Below, in pieces: positions 13,501-27,055 of a stretch of 64,000 bases of DNA. Below the pieces are notes generated by a model that had not been told where the DNA came from, ran no database searches, and saw only the letters and a list, made by a program, of their open reading frames with translations. How positions within the stretch are numbered: the stretch's first letter is position 1; every line of letters starts with the position of its first letter. This DNA is from Laetmonice hystrix (lineage: Eukaryota): positions 42,720,001 through 42,784,000 of the forward strand of contig OZ249436.1 of NCBI GenBank assembly GCA_965235115.1. Reading direction: 5' to 3'. Position numbers and translations under genes: made by a program.

Positions 13501-16500
13501 AAGTATGGCAGGAACAGCAATCAAGTCATCCAAGTAAGTAGGGAACTATAAAACATTGGCATCGTGGCATCTAGACATAGTATTTTCTAGTAAGTACTGC
13601 CAGTAAAAAACCCATTATACCTCGACCAATCTACACTACATCTACCGAATATTTACCATATCTCTCTGCCAGTTGTGGCTTGCCGAGACCATCGAGATCC
13701 TGGGCGTCCCGGAGTAGGCGCGTGGTATCCGTATAACCCGCCAACTCCCGCCGGAGCTGACTGTTGGACGTGTCGAGATCTCGAACTTGTTGTCTCAGGG
13801 CCAGCACGTCCTGCCCCATGGTCTGCACAGCCTGTCGGTACTTCTCTAACTCCTGTTGCTGGTAGTCGAGTAGGCTCATCGAAACCCGCTCCACGTCCTC
13901 AGGTCTACAGCAGCGTTGATAAAATAAATAACGTGTTATAATATTATACGGTCCTTTAATTCTGGCTTCGAGTCGATTGTTCATGGCTGGAAATTATTAA
14001 TTGAGCTGCAAGATATCAACGTCATTCTCCGACTAGAAAGGTACTACGAATAATTGTTGCTCTTCAGTGTAGAAAATCGTGCAAGTTTAGAAAGAACGTG
14101 GGAAACAGAAGCATACAGGGTGAAACAGAAAAAAAACGGAATAGCATTTCCGATATCCCAATATCCAAACAATTGGTATGGCTGGACAGAGAATCTGTTT
14201 TTGATAAAAAATGACGCCAAGATCGCCAGATTTAGATTACTAAATTTTAATTGACAGCCTTAATTTCTGTGTAACAAAAGGTGGAGCAAGTAAGATACCA
14301 ACTAAGCACAGGACTTTATTTCAAACTTAAGGAAGGACTTTATTTCAAACTTAACCACAAAATGTGCAACGTGGCCTACACTTAGGTGCGAAGTATCATG
14401 GTTAAGAAATTCATGTGCTGTACTGTTGAACCCAGACTTGCCACACAAAAATAGCTCCCATTAGAAAATAGTTACTACTTAACCGAATCCGATGATTTTG
14501 GTGTCATTTTTTATTAAAAAAAATCCTTTCCTACCATATACAAGTTATTATTGTGCTACGGCGTGAATTCCTATGTACACATACAATTATCAGTTTCTAT
14601 TTTATACAGAAATAGACTGGGGGGGGGGTGAAGGCGGAGACTGAAATGTAGTGGCGATCTCCTTAATACAATGTCAACAGGAGTATTTGAAATCATGGGA
14701 AAACAGACTTTATTTAGATGCTATAGGCATCAAGCAGTGCTTATTTCTATATTAATGTGATCTCGTTAGGTTATATGGCATCTAGTAAACGGTACTTACT
14801 CAATAACATTTTTCGGGATGCTTGGGTATGAAAAGATATATTAGGAGTTTATTCACAGACTGCAAGAGTAGGCCCCCTATATGCGTCTCTGGATTTTTTT
14901 TTACTCGAGAACCCTAGGTTTTCCAAACTACTGAACAAAATTTAATGTTACCTGCATGCATAATTACCACCAAGAGACAAATTTTATATGATTATGTTTT
15001 ACTCCCGGACGCGATCTTGGTTAACGTACACTGAATAGTTCAAAAGTAATTCAACACAATGTAATGCTATAAATAATAATCTTAAATAGAACCCATAACC
15101 GGATAAACACGACATAAAAGGTTAAAGGTTAAGCGAGATTAAAAAGGGTGTGTTGGTCACCTTTGGTGGGGTAGATGCCGACTTGTAGACGGTGACGGTC
15201 GGCCTTCCTTGTCCATGATAATATACTGGTATTCGGGTAACAACTTCTCTATAGCCTCATGGGACGGCAAGTCTCCGTCTGTGTATGGCTACAGACGAGA
15301 CAAGAAAACACGGACACTTTGATTTGGAGTTGTAAAGGACATCTGTAAGCAAATATCGCCACACACGTCACGGATGTTCGCTTTCTTCTTTCAAGTTTGT
15401 AACCAGGAAGACCAGGAAGTTTAGAAGGAGCGAGGAGAACTTCTTATCTTCCATGACTTACGACATTTGATATAAAATACCTTTATTGTTAGGTCTGTCA
15501 TGTAATGAAGTTCTTTGAGGATCGAACGCGGGGCGAATACCTGCTTCACATCAATCATACGTTATATACATGCGGTAGACCTAGGATTTTACACGATTAA
15601 CTATTTTTGAAACAAATAGTGCACTGAGTGCTTAACCTAATGAGCTTAACGCCATTAACGACTTCTTTTTACACAAGAAATCTTATACATGTAATTAAAC
15701 CATAGTTAATCCTATGAGCTGAGTGGAAATAATATAACATTTTACGGTTATATGAATGAGAGCCAGTCATTCTTTGATATAAGTGCAGTGAAGTAATCGA
15801 ATCAAAGGGCTGACTAATGCAGTCAGCAGTACACAATAGTGTAAGTCACTTGAAATCATAGAAAGTGAAGTGTTTTCTTTACATGTTATATTTATGATCA
15901 TCCATTGGTAAATATGGTGAGGGGGGGGGGGGGAGGTTTCACTGGGGTCAATACGCGCTTTCTACGACGTAAAGTTTGCCGTGAGAACCCTATAGTAGTA
16001 TAGGGTTATAACAAAATAAACTAACTTAATTTCTGTCAAAATATGCATTTGGTCACTATAGATACAAGCTTATTTACTGCTTGGTCCACCAGAATAATCC
16101 GAACCATGGTAAGTGGGTGGGTGGCTGGGTGGAGGTACATCTCATGGTAATCCTGGTGTTGTAATTAGTTGTACACCTAGGTCTTGATAAGTCACAGATT
16201 ATAATCACAGAGTATTGGGGAATTCAAAGGCACAGAAGAGGGTTCCCCTCATATTCACGACGCATAATCGAGACCGGATTCCTTTTTACATGATGGTGTC
16301 ACATAAGTGTGGTGTTCACAGTGAATATAGACTGAGGTCATCCTGACGTTGGACTCTTGTCTTGTTAAGGTTTACCTGTAGTGGGGGTCCGGCTAGTTGT
16401 AATATAAACATCATCAGGGTTATTTACTCGGTTATGTATGAACACCTCTAAAGACATGTCAGGAAGAGTTCAGTCGGCTAATACTATCCACAAATTTATA

Positions 16501-19500
16501 TTGGTTAAGCGGGGAACACACCTAACGCGATGCGAAGCGATTATGAAAAGTTCCTATGGTTTTCACACCTGAAGTTTCTGGTTTGTTCACACTCGCTGAA
16601 AACTATGAACTTTTCATAATGGCGTCAGGTGTGTTCACCACTTCAGGGTGTGGTGTGGTTGGGAGGTAAACATTCCTACCACAACCAGCTATGGCTACCA
16701 GGGTGGAGCCTACAAATGATCAATTATTGAATAATGACAGAGATCAATCATTTCAACATTAAAGATAACGTAAACGTTTTTCCTACCGAACTTTCGTGTA
16801 CATACTAGAAATGATAATTCTTGAATTAGCTTTTACATTTATAAATACTTCGATATCTTTACTGATTTGCCAGACTTATTCATTGACACATATAGAGAGA
16901 GACAGTGTAACGGAATACAGAACAACAGGTAACTACCACATAGCCTCGTATCGCAACCGTCAATCTCGTCCATGTCCTTACATAAAAATGTCGTACCTGT
17001 ATAATGTGCACATGTAGGCCTACTTACAACTCCAGCAACCAAATTCTCATTGAGAAAAGGAGTGGTCAACAGATTCCTGGGATTGACTCTGGAATTATAA
17101 GTCCAGTCTGTTGTGAATTAAAAGCTGAACTCATCTCAATGCGCTCAAAGATCGATACCTGCGATGAGATGACGTACCTCTGCTGTAGCAGTCCTGTAGT
17201 ACAGCGTAGCCATGCTGACGGCCGATAACAACACACAAGTAGGACACCAACGTTTGGCTTAAATCACAGTTGGATCTATGATAACTGAGATTCTCCTGGT
17301 GCACTTGAATCCACCAACCATTGAAGAGATCCCAACTGAGTGCTCCACAATCCACTACGTTATACTCCACACTGGTCACAACTGACTGGCAGTGACGCTC
17401 ACCTTGGTCGGTCTGCTGGATTAAGTTATGTTAATGCCACCCCCCCCCCCCCGACCAACGCGTTGGTGTGAGCCCAATGTATTGTAAACAAAGTTAGCCG
17501 GACTCTGAACCTTGATAAGCCGACAATAGTCAGAGCAATCTCACCCAGGACCCGTGTCACTGAATGAAATCACATCGGGTTTTTGTTACCCTTTATTGTT
17601 TGACACTGATATCAATTGATATAAACCTTGATCCTCAAGCGGGTTTGGAATTAGCTGATTTTTACATGGCTACTTTTCACTTTAAAATGAGCTGACAAAA
17701 TATTTGAAACAAATGCAGGTCCAAGTGCACACCTAAACACTCCCGAATTTATATTATTTCTCAGGCCGGCGTTTACACATTTTCTCCGTGATTCCAACCA
17801 AAGGGAGCCACCTCCCTTTGGAGATTAATTTTTTCCTTACTAGCACTTTTGTCTTTATCTTTTGATCATTTGAGAATTTTATTTAAGAAATATGTAATGG
17901 CGCGCATGTACTTACTGTATATACTCTCAACCATATTTTCACGTTGAAGTTGTACCCTGAGGACCCTTAACAAAGACAGAATGCGAGAATAAATAAATAA
18001 ATAATAATAACTGAATGAATGAATAAATGATGGTGACGTTATTATCTATTAATTAATTAATTAATTAATTAAAATGCATCGCTTACATTTAAGCAACGTA
18101 ACCTCCACCCACCCGACGCACCCCCCCCCCCCCCGAGCCGGTGTGTTATGGCTGTGTTTACGTTTATACTTGGTTACAGTTGACAAGCTGCCAACCTGCC
18201 AGTCGTCTCTAATGTCAGGGTCGATATTTAAATACAAAGACGGACCTAAAGAAACACATTAATGGGTACTGGTCCTCACTTGTTACCTTCTGCACCTATT
18301 ATCGTGTGCGTAAAATGTACCGTAGGTTATCGATGCTACTACTACATATTTCATCCAAGTTGACGTGTTGACCAAATTGGCACAAAATGTGTACGTATGA
18401 AACCGAATAAATTGGGAGAAATGCTCGCAAATATCAAAATTAATTAGTAAAAAATTAATTATGATACCGAAATATTGTGCAGAAAAAAACGCATTATTGA
18501 AAAAAAACGAGAATGAGAAACAGTAGTGGCGTAGAAAGACCTGTGGTAAGAAGATTCACCCTCCCTGCCCAGGGAGGGCACTTTTCTATGTATTATAAAT
18601 TATTACCATAGGCCTACTATCGTAAAGATTTCCACAATTTGACAATATAGCACGTGTTACTTTAATGGATCAGAATAAATTGATTATGACCTTTAGTGTT
18701 AGACTTCACCTGATGCTGACTGAAATACTGGGCCATGTCCAGGTCCTCTTGCTGAGTTCTGGGACGGGCAGTCCCAGACATCCACTCTATGAGAGAGGTT
18801 GTTGACGTGGTTGGCTGGAGGCCTCCACTCGTGACGTCATTCAGTGACTCGGTGAGACGGATGAAGGCAGGAACATCTGGAGACGGCGAGGAAAAGTTAA
18901 ACCTGGGCATGTACTCAGATTTACTGAGAGAACCCGCCGGGCCCTGCAATCAAAGGTGTAATGCTCGTACAAATCTTCTTCTTTTTTATTTGGTAAAGGT
19001 AACATAATGTATACGAGTGTACGTAAACTTCCGTGTACAAGCCGCACTTTTTTCCTCCTCAAACTACTTATAAATTGGGGGTGCGGCTTATAGATGACCA
19101 CATGTGTCTGAGGATGGCTCAGTAGGCCTAGTTAGTTCAGGATATTGTCCCTAGGTTCCCAGTGGGAACTGGCCGCTATACATACCAAAAGCTGTGGCGC
19201 TCCCTTTAACACCCATTGTTTTACGTGTGAACATATGATGGATTCCAAAGATAAAGGTGTGTCCTATTGTTTTCAATGCCAAGGGAAAGCAACAACCGGA
19301 ATAACAATGGGAGGTGATGGTGACCCTAGCATCTGGACAGCGAGGTTTCACACGATGGCCAGTCTGGTGAAGCATCTAGCTGATACACGTCTCAGCATGT
19401 TTCATTACACATAGGGTTGATGGTTGGGGCCCAACTTTGCTGTGACTGGCGGCAGAAACATTAATTTTTTTCACTGAATTTTGCTCCAAAAACGGCCTGC

Positions 19501-22500
19501 GGCTTATACATGGCCGCGGCTTGTACACGGAAGATTACAGGGGTATTTCAGCAAAATATTATAACACTGGCCTGATACCAGCAGACTTAGATGTGCCAGC
19601 ATATAACTTTTGCTGTACTATGTTTTTGCTTCTTTGCTGCAAAACAATGATGAAATATAGCACTTGTGGGCACTTAGCCTTTGAATTCTTATGTTGACGA
19701 TATACCCTTGTAGGTGTTACATTGTGGTTACACTTCACAATCCAAGGAATAACGGAAAATGTTCGCAACACTTCGGATTATGGAAGTCACCTCCATAATA
19801 ACACTACTATATTTGTATACCAGGTTCATACCATTCCACAGATTTACTGTGGACTTCTGACACACCAGGGTTCAGGGTCACACTTACCTGGTCAGTGAGA
19901 AGAGAGATTGTAACATCAACGGCTGGGGCAGTATCTGACAGTGTCAACAGTTTCCCTCCCTATAAAACCAACGATAACATGTACTCCCATACTGTTACTA
20001 TGACATACGCCATTACTGTGGATCACAAACAGCCCAACATTCTACACTTACTGAAAAGTGTTGAGTTTATCAAACAGCTATTTTCAAAGCCACTTCTACT
20101 GGAGCGATTTATAAGAAAACCATAGCCCTGTGGAATATAGGGGTGGCCCAGGGGGCCCGGCCCCCCTTAGATTTTCCTTCTTGTTTTTGTTATGAAGATG
20201 TTATATTTAATATTATTTATATTTTTTATGAAGATGTTATATAAACTTTAAATAATATATAGTATTTGAATAAAATAAAACATTTAGAAGTGTGTTAATA
20301 GCAATTATTTTGTGTGTGTGTAATACAGATATAATCAAATCCAGCCGAGCGTAGCAAAGTTAAAAATAATTTTTTGGTGGGCCCCCCTTATTAAAATCCT
20401 AGATCCCCCACGGCATAGCCTACATACCTGTACAAGCAGGCCCTGAACCCTAAGTCCGACACCAGCCAAACAACCCGACAGTTGTTGATAACTGTGGGTG
20501 TTCAGCAAGAGACAACTAAATCCGACAAGATCATCTAGCTTCCAGAGTGCGGAACTGATCACTGCAACATATGCGACCGTTGTAAGAGTGTCGCTTATAA
20601 TTCCTTAAACGCGATGTAAAACTCTTTTAGTATTTACTATGACCATCCTGTGTTTATACATATATATGCCTCAACGCTGTCAATAAGCGGAGTGGAACTG
20701 CAATCACATTTATAAATGTTCTTGAAACCAATTTCAACGTTATCTTTTAATAAAGTTTTTCACATCATGGATTTTTATTGACCACTACTTCTTCAGGAAT
20801 ACAAGTACCATATTGAATAGCCTACTGTATTTTTGAACATATACATTGCCTCCAATATTCCCTCTAAAACCAAAGGTACGAAATTTGTCGAGATTAACCT
20901 CGGGCGTGGTAGTACTCTATAAGGAGGGCAGAGCCTGGCGTGAAGAAGATAGCGGTGTCCTTTGGGTGACTAAACAAGAAAGTGTGGTCCCACTGTGGCT
21001 GGTCCAGAGGCTGGCCAGGTAAACACACCTGTTGTCAAATAATAATTATCAACCGTCAATTACACCTGTGAGCACACCTTATGACCGGCTGATAAACGTT
21101 CCCATTCTACGATGGGGAAAAATGTAGGCGACTTCATGAGACTCAAATGTGAGGATGAAGTACATAACCTGACCAACCTGTGCTTGGCGGCATGTTTTAG
21201 AATGGGTCGCTTGAAACCATACTGGGTGTGGAGATGGGAATGTAATCATTGTCATTGGTACACCAGGACCACCACGAAGGTCCCGACCAACCGTTCTTCT
21301 GTACGCAAACACAGTAAATCATGTCACATAGGTGGATCACTTACATATATACTTCAGGCAATAATAATAAATAAAAGAAAAAACTTAAATTTGGCTGAGC
21401 CTTCTTGAACATTGCCCTCAACTGGTGATATTGTCCATGCTTACTTGTATGAATCAACATCGGTCACAATTTTTGCAACAGCTATAATTGGACCCACTGG
21501 TAGTTTTAACTTCTCTTGCACTCCTTGAATCGTTACCTGAAATTTATAAAAACAGGGCAAGATATGTACAGGCCTAATTCTGATCAAGTAGCCTACATTT
21601 TAAGAAAAAGTTCACCTAATTGCGATTCAACCATTTCTATGAGTACGCAGATATAGCGGTAGACCTTGCTACAGGACAGACCTGTACTGACCTTCAACCC
21701 TTCATAGTTTGGAGAGACATCAGGTAAACTTGACAGTTGTGGAAGCTTTCGAAGTATTGACACATAAAGATGCACACCTCCTTGTAGATTTTTCACAGGC
21801 TACAAGAGTAAGGCTACAAGGAAAACTTGGAAAAACTGGATTAGCCACGAAAAGACTAGTCTCGTAGGTCTATTAGGCTGTAACATACAGGTATGTACAC
21901 TGAATATTTGCTGGTGGTGATTCGGGTTGAGATTATGCTCACCGATACCAGGTTCAGGTGGTAGTGATGAAATGGGGACAGAAGGACGACTGGAAACTTG
22001 TAGGTAACCAGAAGTTGTTTGCTATTCTCGTCCATAATGCAGAACTCTAATTCTGAAAATGTATGTATGTACATGTATGTTTAAAATATTCATGTTAGGG
22101 AATGTGCCATGAATAAGTCCTGTAGCTTCTATTTATATCACTTCCCAATTTATAATGACTGCATGAACAGGAAGTACTTCACTCTTCCAGATAGACATTC
22201 GTTGAAGTGTTCGTAATCTTCCTAAAATCAAATTTATATGTAATATACGATGTAATATTTGTCTATGTTAAATTTGAAGGTTTCTATCTTTTCATAAATA
22301 TCATAATTTTTCTATGATTAGCTATGGATAACTTTTAGCAGTGCTCTCATTAGTGCATGGTGTTCCCGTCTTACCTTCATTGTTTACCTTACTTCGACTG
22401 GCGACGATTACAGCAGCCTCGAACCACGTAGGAAAACAAGTGGGGGTCAGAGTGGCATGGGTTGCTGCGGAGCTGCCCTGAACGGAATTCTTTCTTAAAC

Positions 22501-25500
22501 TGTTGACAAGTCGGCTGTAAGAGCACTCAGTCTTATTGAAACACCTCGAAAAACATCTTCACACATTTTTTAAAAAATTCAAAGGATAATTTCCGATACT
22601 TATCTTTACTTATAAATACTGGTCTACTTATAAATACTGGTATCTCATTGATTATAAAGTCATGATGACGGCACAATACTGGTTTGTTTCCTTGATGACC
22701 TTGGGTAGGCTATATTAGAAGATTTCAGAAAAAAAAAAACAACGAAATAACACATACACCAATAGGAAGGGTTTGGGAGATTTGCCATTGGCAAGCCTGG
22801 GCAGGTTCGATGCGCCATACAGCAGTATAACAATCTCTTCAGTACCCTCAGCAGGAACCTCACTGCTGTCACTTGCTGCACTCCGCATGACAACATCCTC
22901 AGCAGGTAGTGGCGATGCCTCTATCTAAGCAAATGTTAGCTTGCTTGGTTACTTAGTGAGGAGGTGCCATCCCCAGGTACATGTACTTTATTTAGTAAAT
23001 TTCTTTCTCAAATAATTCAGGCGAAAAGTTAGCTTAATTATCAATTTACATGTACTACTTGTTACATCGCACCAACAACTTCAAGAAATGGTGAAAACAA
23101 TATTATAACCATAAGAAGCTGATATGGAATCAGTCTACTCTTAGTGACTACATGTATACTCAGAACTAGTACATGTATTTAATTCCCGCCATGTGGGCCT
23201 ATATCTTTCAAATACAAACGGGATCAGAATGAAGCTATAGACTATAGATGGATTACCTTGACATCTGGAAGTTCTGGACAAGGAGGCTCCCAGGATAATG
23301 GAATCGGCGATGGAGAGAATGTTCTTTCCTTTGTTACCAAATGGTCAGGTCTTGTTGGTTTTTGCTCTGGGAGACTAGGTTTCACTTGGAATGGTGCTGC
23401 TACTGGCTTTACCTCAACCGCCTTCTGTTGTAACTCAGCGTGAAAGTCAGGTACGACGCTGGGTCCCTCCACAGTAGCTGCCTCTACTGTGGCTGACGTC
23501 ACCATGGCAGCTTCAGGAGCATCGTCAATATGAACTCCTACGGGTAACTCAGGACTCTCGGGTTTTGCAACTGCTTTGGGGACACCCACGTCATACTCTG
23601 CTGTACGTTTTTCTTGTGTTGGAGACTGTCATTTGGTCAGAAAAAATTAAGTTTTTTTACCATTCAAAAGTCCTTCTTGTACATGTACAGTATGTTCATT
23701 AAATAATAGTGAATTTCAGCGATATAGGGTCAAGGAAAAGTGTGTTCTAAAGGATTGAACTCCTCCGAAAGCTTACCTTTGCAATGATATGTTTTTCAAC
23801 CTGTTTAAGTTCATCCTCAGACACTCTTGTTAATGTGGATGTAACAGCAATCCGTCCAATTGCAAGTGGAACGTTTTCATTTACTAGTAGCCTTGCCAGT
23901 ATCATTACCTTCCAATATAATTGTAGTAATTAAGTTACATAACACACAGAAAAACATAGTTGCCAACTCCACCGCTTTGGGCGGTAGAGTAGGCCTACCG
24001 TGTTTCAAACTCTGATACCGCCTACCACATCAAGGATCCTATTAAGTAATATGTACGCTTTTGTCATTTTGTTCCATACTTCATGCAAAAATTAAGTTTA
24101 AGCTGGAAGTCTTGATGCGGTTATGTAAATGTTAAAGTTTTGATTTTTTGGGGACTGAATTTTGAGAAAGTGCTTTCCATCCCAGATTGCCGGAGAATGT
24201 ATTACAAATGTATTTGCACTTTAGGATTCAAAATTCTCCGGGGGAGCATCCCCCGCCGGCCTGGCCTACTACACAGGCCAGAAGGATTTAGGTATAAATA
24301 ATTAAGTTTTGTCCCTCAATATTAATGACGTATAGCTAGGCCTACCTCTTCCTTCTGATACAGGAGGTTGTCCAGTGAGCTGTTGTACATGAGACCTGCA
24401 TCAGGTGAAACCACTGGACATACACCCTTCCCCATCACATGCCTGTCTGTGCTGTCGTCAAGGACAACAACTATGAGGAGCAGCTGACCCTCTAGGCTTT
24501 TGGCAATGAATCCTGTAACATTTACATAGAAGTCACCAGAAACCTGCCATCTCTATGTCAAGACGTACATGTTCACAGTACGTAATATCTAAGGTAAGGT
24601 TAGGTAGGCCTCTACTTCTTTCCAAGTGGAGTCTTTAGTAGCGCTCATTTATTTGACAATTATGTCAGTCACAATCAGGGTGCTAAAATATTTTGCACAT
24701 AGGCCAAAAATTTTTAAAAAGTTTATCAATCATGTCTAATTCTTAAAGAAATAAAAAGAACAGAGGTTCAGCAATCCATGTTTCAAATTTCAGAAACTAA
24801 TCTCGACTATGAACTAGGATATCTCACTTTTTGTATGTTATGTTAAGCCAAAAGGTAAGCGTTGCGGACACGACATTTTAAAAACACATTGGAGTTAGGA
24901 CTTAAAAGATGCATCAAGTTGTAAGATATCGGGTGGATAAAAAAAAACGCCCCGAACTTTAAACTTTAATATTTCAAAAACTATGCATTATAATTTAATA
25001 AAATTTCTCTTAATATCACTTCATGATATTGTCTCTGGTATGTTAAAGTCTCAGCTCAATAGCTTTGATATTATTCCCGTGGCGCTAAAAACAAAAATCG
25101 GTGTCTAAAAATGCAATGCCGGAATTAGGTCAAATATCATGCAGCTGCCAGGTGTCCAATTTGACACCTGTTTGATGCACCGCATTGTACCTTGGGTAAA
25201 AAAATCAATATTTAGTTTTTGCGTGTTTTACAATATGTATCATGTTGTGGACCACTAGATATAATAAAATATGTGCTATTCCTAGAACTTTTAGAGAAAA
25301 ACAGATGTTTAATTTGCCAAACCCTACAGAGAAACTGCAACATTAGGACGATATGACTGTAACGAGAAGTTCAAGGGAAATCGTATCATTATCACGTTTA
25401 AAAACACGTTCAGAACGTTGCGTATTTCCCAATGTTGCGAAGATATCTCCTATCAGAGATCAGGAAGTGCATTGGCTCATGGAAAAAGAGACTGAGAGCA

Positions 25501-27055
25501 GTATGAAGTGAAAACGGGGGACCGATTGACCACCTACTCTAGTGTGAGGCCAGGGACTCTGGTGCGACTACCACTCGCTTTAGCCCGGCATTACGCTTTT
25601 GTACAGTGATTTTTGTTTTTAGCCCCACGGAAATATTATCCAAGCTATTGAGTTGTAACATTAACAACTATGAGACAACATCATGAAGTGATATTAAGAA
25701 AAATTTCATTGAATTACAATCATTACTTTTTGAAACATTGAAGTTTAAAGTTCGGGGCGTTTTTTTTATCCACCCGATATAATGTTAATTTGTCCACTTT
25801 TGTCTTTTATGGACAAAATTCAACAGAAAAAAACACAAAGTTTTGTGACAAATAATAACGTTTTGTGTTTTCGTTGCGGACACGACATGCGTTGCGGACA
25901 CGACATCGGTCGATATTGCTTCCAAAGTGTTCATTTTTTTTCAATGACTTGACTTGGAATATGCCCATAATTTCTCAATAGGATCCACTAATCTAAAAAA
26001 AATTGCAACCATTTAAATAATTATCATGTATACTTCAAAATGAAACCGTTGCGGACACGACATGATTTTTCCGACAATGTACACCGAAAAATATGGAAAT
26101 ATAGGATAGAAGAAAATCATCGATATATCCTAAAAAATACCCATTTTTCAATTAACTTGATACTCACAGAAGACATAAAAGTACTAAAGCAATAGAGAAT
26201 GACGGTTTATCTTCATTCTACATTGCCTTGTTTTACTGCTACATGAAAAAAATCAAAAAGCATATCAAATGGCTCCTTTCATGAAAAAAGGCACCACCTT
26301 TCTCCACCATATTCTCCTTAAGTAGGTATGTATGTCATATTGTTTTGATGTATTTTTAAATGTAGGATACTGAAAAAAATAAGAAAAATGCAAAGTGCAA
26401 ATGCATAAAGGTCAAACATGGGGGTAAAATCGTCATATAAGTACAATTTTTTAAAGAATTGTGATATTTAGATCTGGTTTTCTTTAATAACATACTTGCA
26501 TATCATCCTAGCAATAACAAAAAGTCATTATTTGCTATACTGATCGTCCTATATGCTTGTTTGCTTCACATAACACAATTATTTCCAGTTTAGCACCCTG
26601 ATTGTGACTGACCCGTTATTTGCCAATGTTGTCACAGTTGGAAGTTATCCTATTTTGATTCAGTTCTAAGAAGACAGAAAAAAAGGAAAGAAAAAAAGAA
26701 GTGAAGAAGAATGATAGAATGATATAGGGCTTAGCCATAGTTATAATTTTGTGACTGACTTACCTGGGGGCATTATAAACATGACCTGAGAGCTATCTAG
26801 CTCAGCCATAACAACCATAGGGCTAACTTCTTCAGCGCTGTCTGAGTCAGTGCTTGGCACTTTTTGTTTTACACCAATGACAGCAGTCATGCTTTCTACT
26901 GCCTCCCCATACTCTGTTCCTACAGCAATCTGGACCGTCACTCCTTTGCAATCCTCGGTATCAGTGAAGAGTGTCAACTGAAGATGGTACTGGCCGGGGT
27001 TGACAAAATGTGCACCAGAAAGTTTCAAGAGCAAGCTGTGGTGACTGTCATCCAT
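7522..27055 (-). CDS. CCDC33: CCDC33-like C2-domain and coiled-coil protein, 22 coding exons, about 1126 aa
   Basis: Phase-consistent GT-AG exons: 26764-27055, 24346-24512, 23777-23908, 23257-23625, 22758-22924, 22375-22514, 21943-22052, 21692-21799, 21445-21536, 21178-21298, 20899-21028, 20428-20561, 19888-19959, 18710-18943, 15161-15288, 13657-13904, 13040-13128, 12646-12841, 12286-12359, 11857-11967, 11431-11565, 7522-7653 (3381 nt). Motifs recalled from CCDC33: LYGASNLP, QPQWDHTFLF..SALLIEYY, ELEKYRQAVQTMGQDVLALR, LQNELIKKNDREK, QEKVIEKME, NARTWAREKSDL. AATAAA at 7456-7461. Confidence 0.88.
8050..8430. repeat. Two diverged tandem copies of a roughly 211-bp unit, likely TE-internal
   Basis: ACCTCATG..ACCAAAA..AAACAAAAACTGAATAAAC..AAGCAATGAAAACACA recurs at about 8050 and 8261. 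Confidence 0.7.
9062..9567. mobile_element. PIF/Harbinger-like MITE
   Basis: TIR AGCTGCGTTCACACT / AGTGTGAACGCAGCT with TAA-like, imperfect flanks and repeated internal TCACAC motifs. Confidence 0.65.
9930..11204 (-). mobile_element. Degenerate Helitron/Helentron-like (HINE) element related to the array element, interrupted by a MITE
   Basis: 9930-10023 and 10940-11110 align by eye with 43186-43480 (GTCACGTGA.TCAGCG, GACCTAGGACCCAGTTCTCCC, GACCCTTGCCT). Ends in a TCCCATCCCC..GGGGATGGGA hairpin. Confidence 0.65.
10024..10939. mobile_element. hAT-like MITE with 5-bp TSD
   Basis: TIR CAGGGCTGGAATTTC / GAAATTCCAGCCCTG. TGATA duplicated at 10019-10023 and 10940-10944. Subterminal TACTTGCCC repeats. 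Confidence 0.8.
13131..13533. repeat. 31-bp minisatellite, 13 copies, intronic
   Basis: Unit GTATGGTAGGAACAGCAATCAAGTCATCCAA, abutting the acceptor of CCDC33 exon 13040-13128. Confidence 0.97.
16507..16643. mobile_element. Short palindromic Harbinger-like MITE
   Basis: AAGCGGGGAACACACCTAACGC / GCGTCAGGTGTGTTCACCACTT, plus internal inverted ATTATGAAAAGTTC / GAACTTTTCATAAT. Confidence 0.55.
19023..19538. mobile_element. Tc1/mariner (pogo-like) MITE remnant
   Basis: Inverted ends GTAAACTTCCGTGTACAAGCCGC / GCGGCTTGTACACGGAAGATTAC and internal TGCGGCTTATA repeats. Confidence 0.6.
24664..26612. mobile_element. Non-autonomous TIR transposon in CCDC33 first coding intron
   Basis: Perfect 24-bp TIR GTCAGTCACAATCAGGGTGCTAAA. 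Four internal CGTTGCGGACACGACAT motifs. TSD unclear. Confidence 0.8.
24927..25779. mobile_element. Tc1/mariner-like MITE with roughly 200-bp TIRs, nested in the previous element
   Basis: TATCGGGTGGATAAAAAAAAACGCCCCGAACTTTAAACTT and its reverse complement at 25741-25779, in a TA context. A related end occurs near 38818. Confidence 0.8.

Noticed and set aside
13131..13533. CRISPR-like appearance of the 31-bp repeat (also 33.8 kb and 63.7 kb repeats)
   Set aside because: Head-to-tail units with no unique spacers, no cas genes, eukaryotic introns.
18199..18245. Exon-like segment (PSLYLNIDPDIRDDWQ) in the CCDC33 intron
   Set aside because: Good acceptor but open only from phase 1, whereas the upstream exon ends in phase 0. 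Left out of the model.
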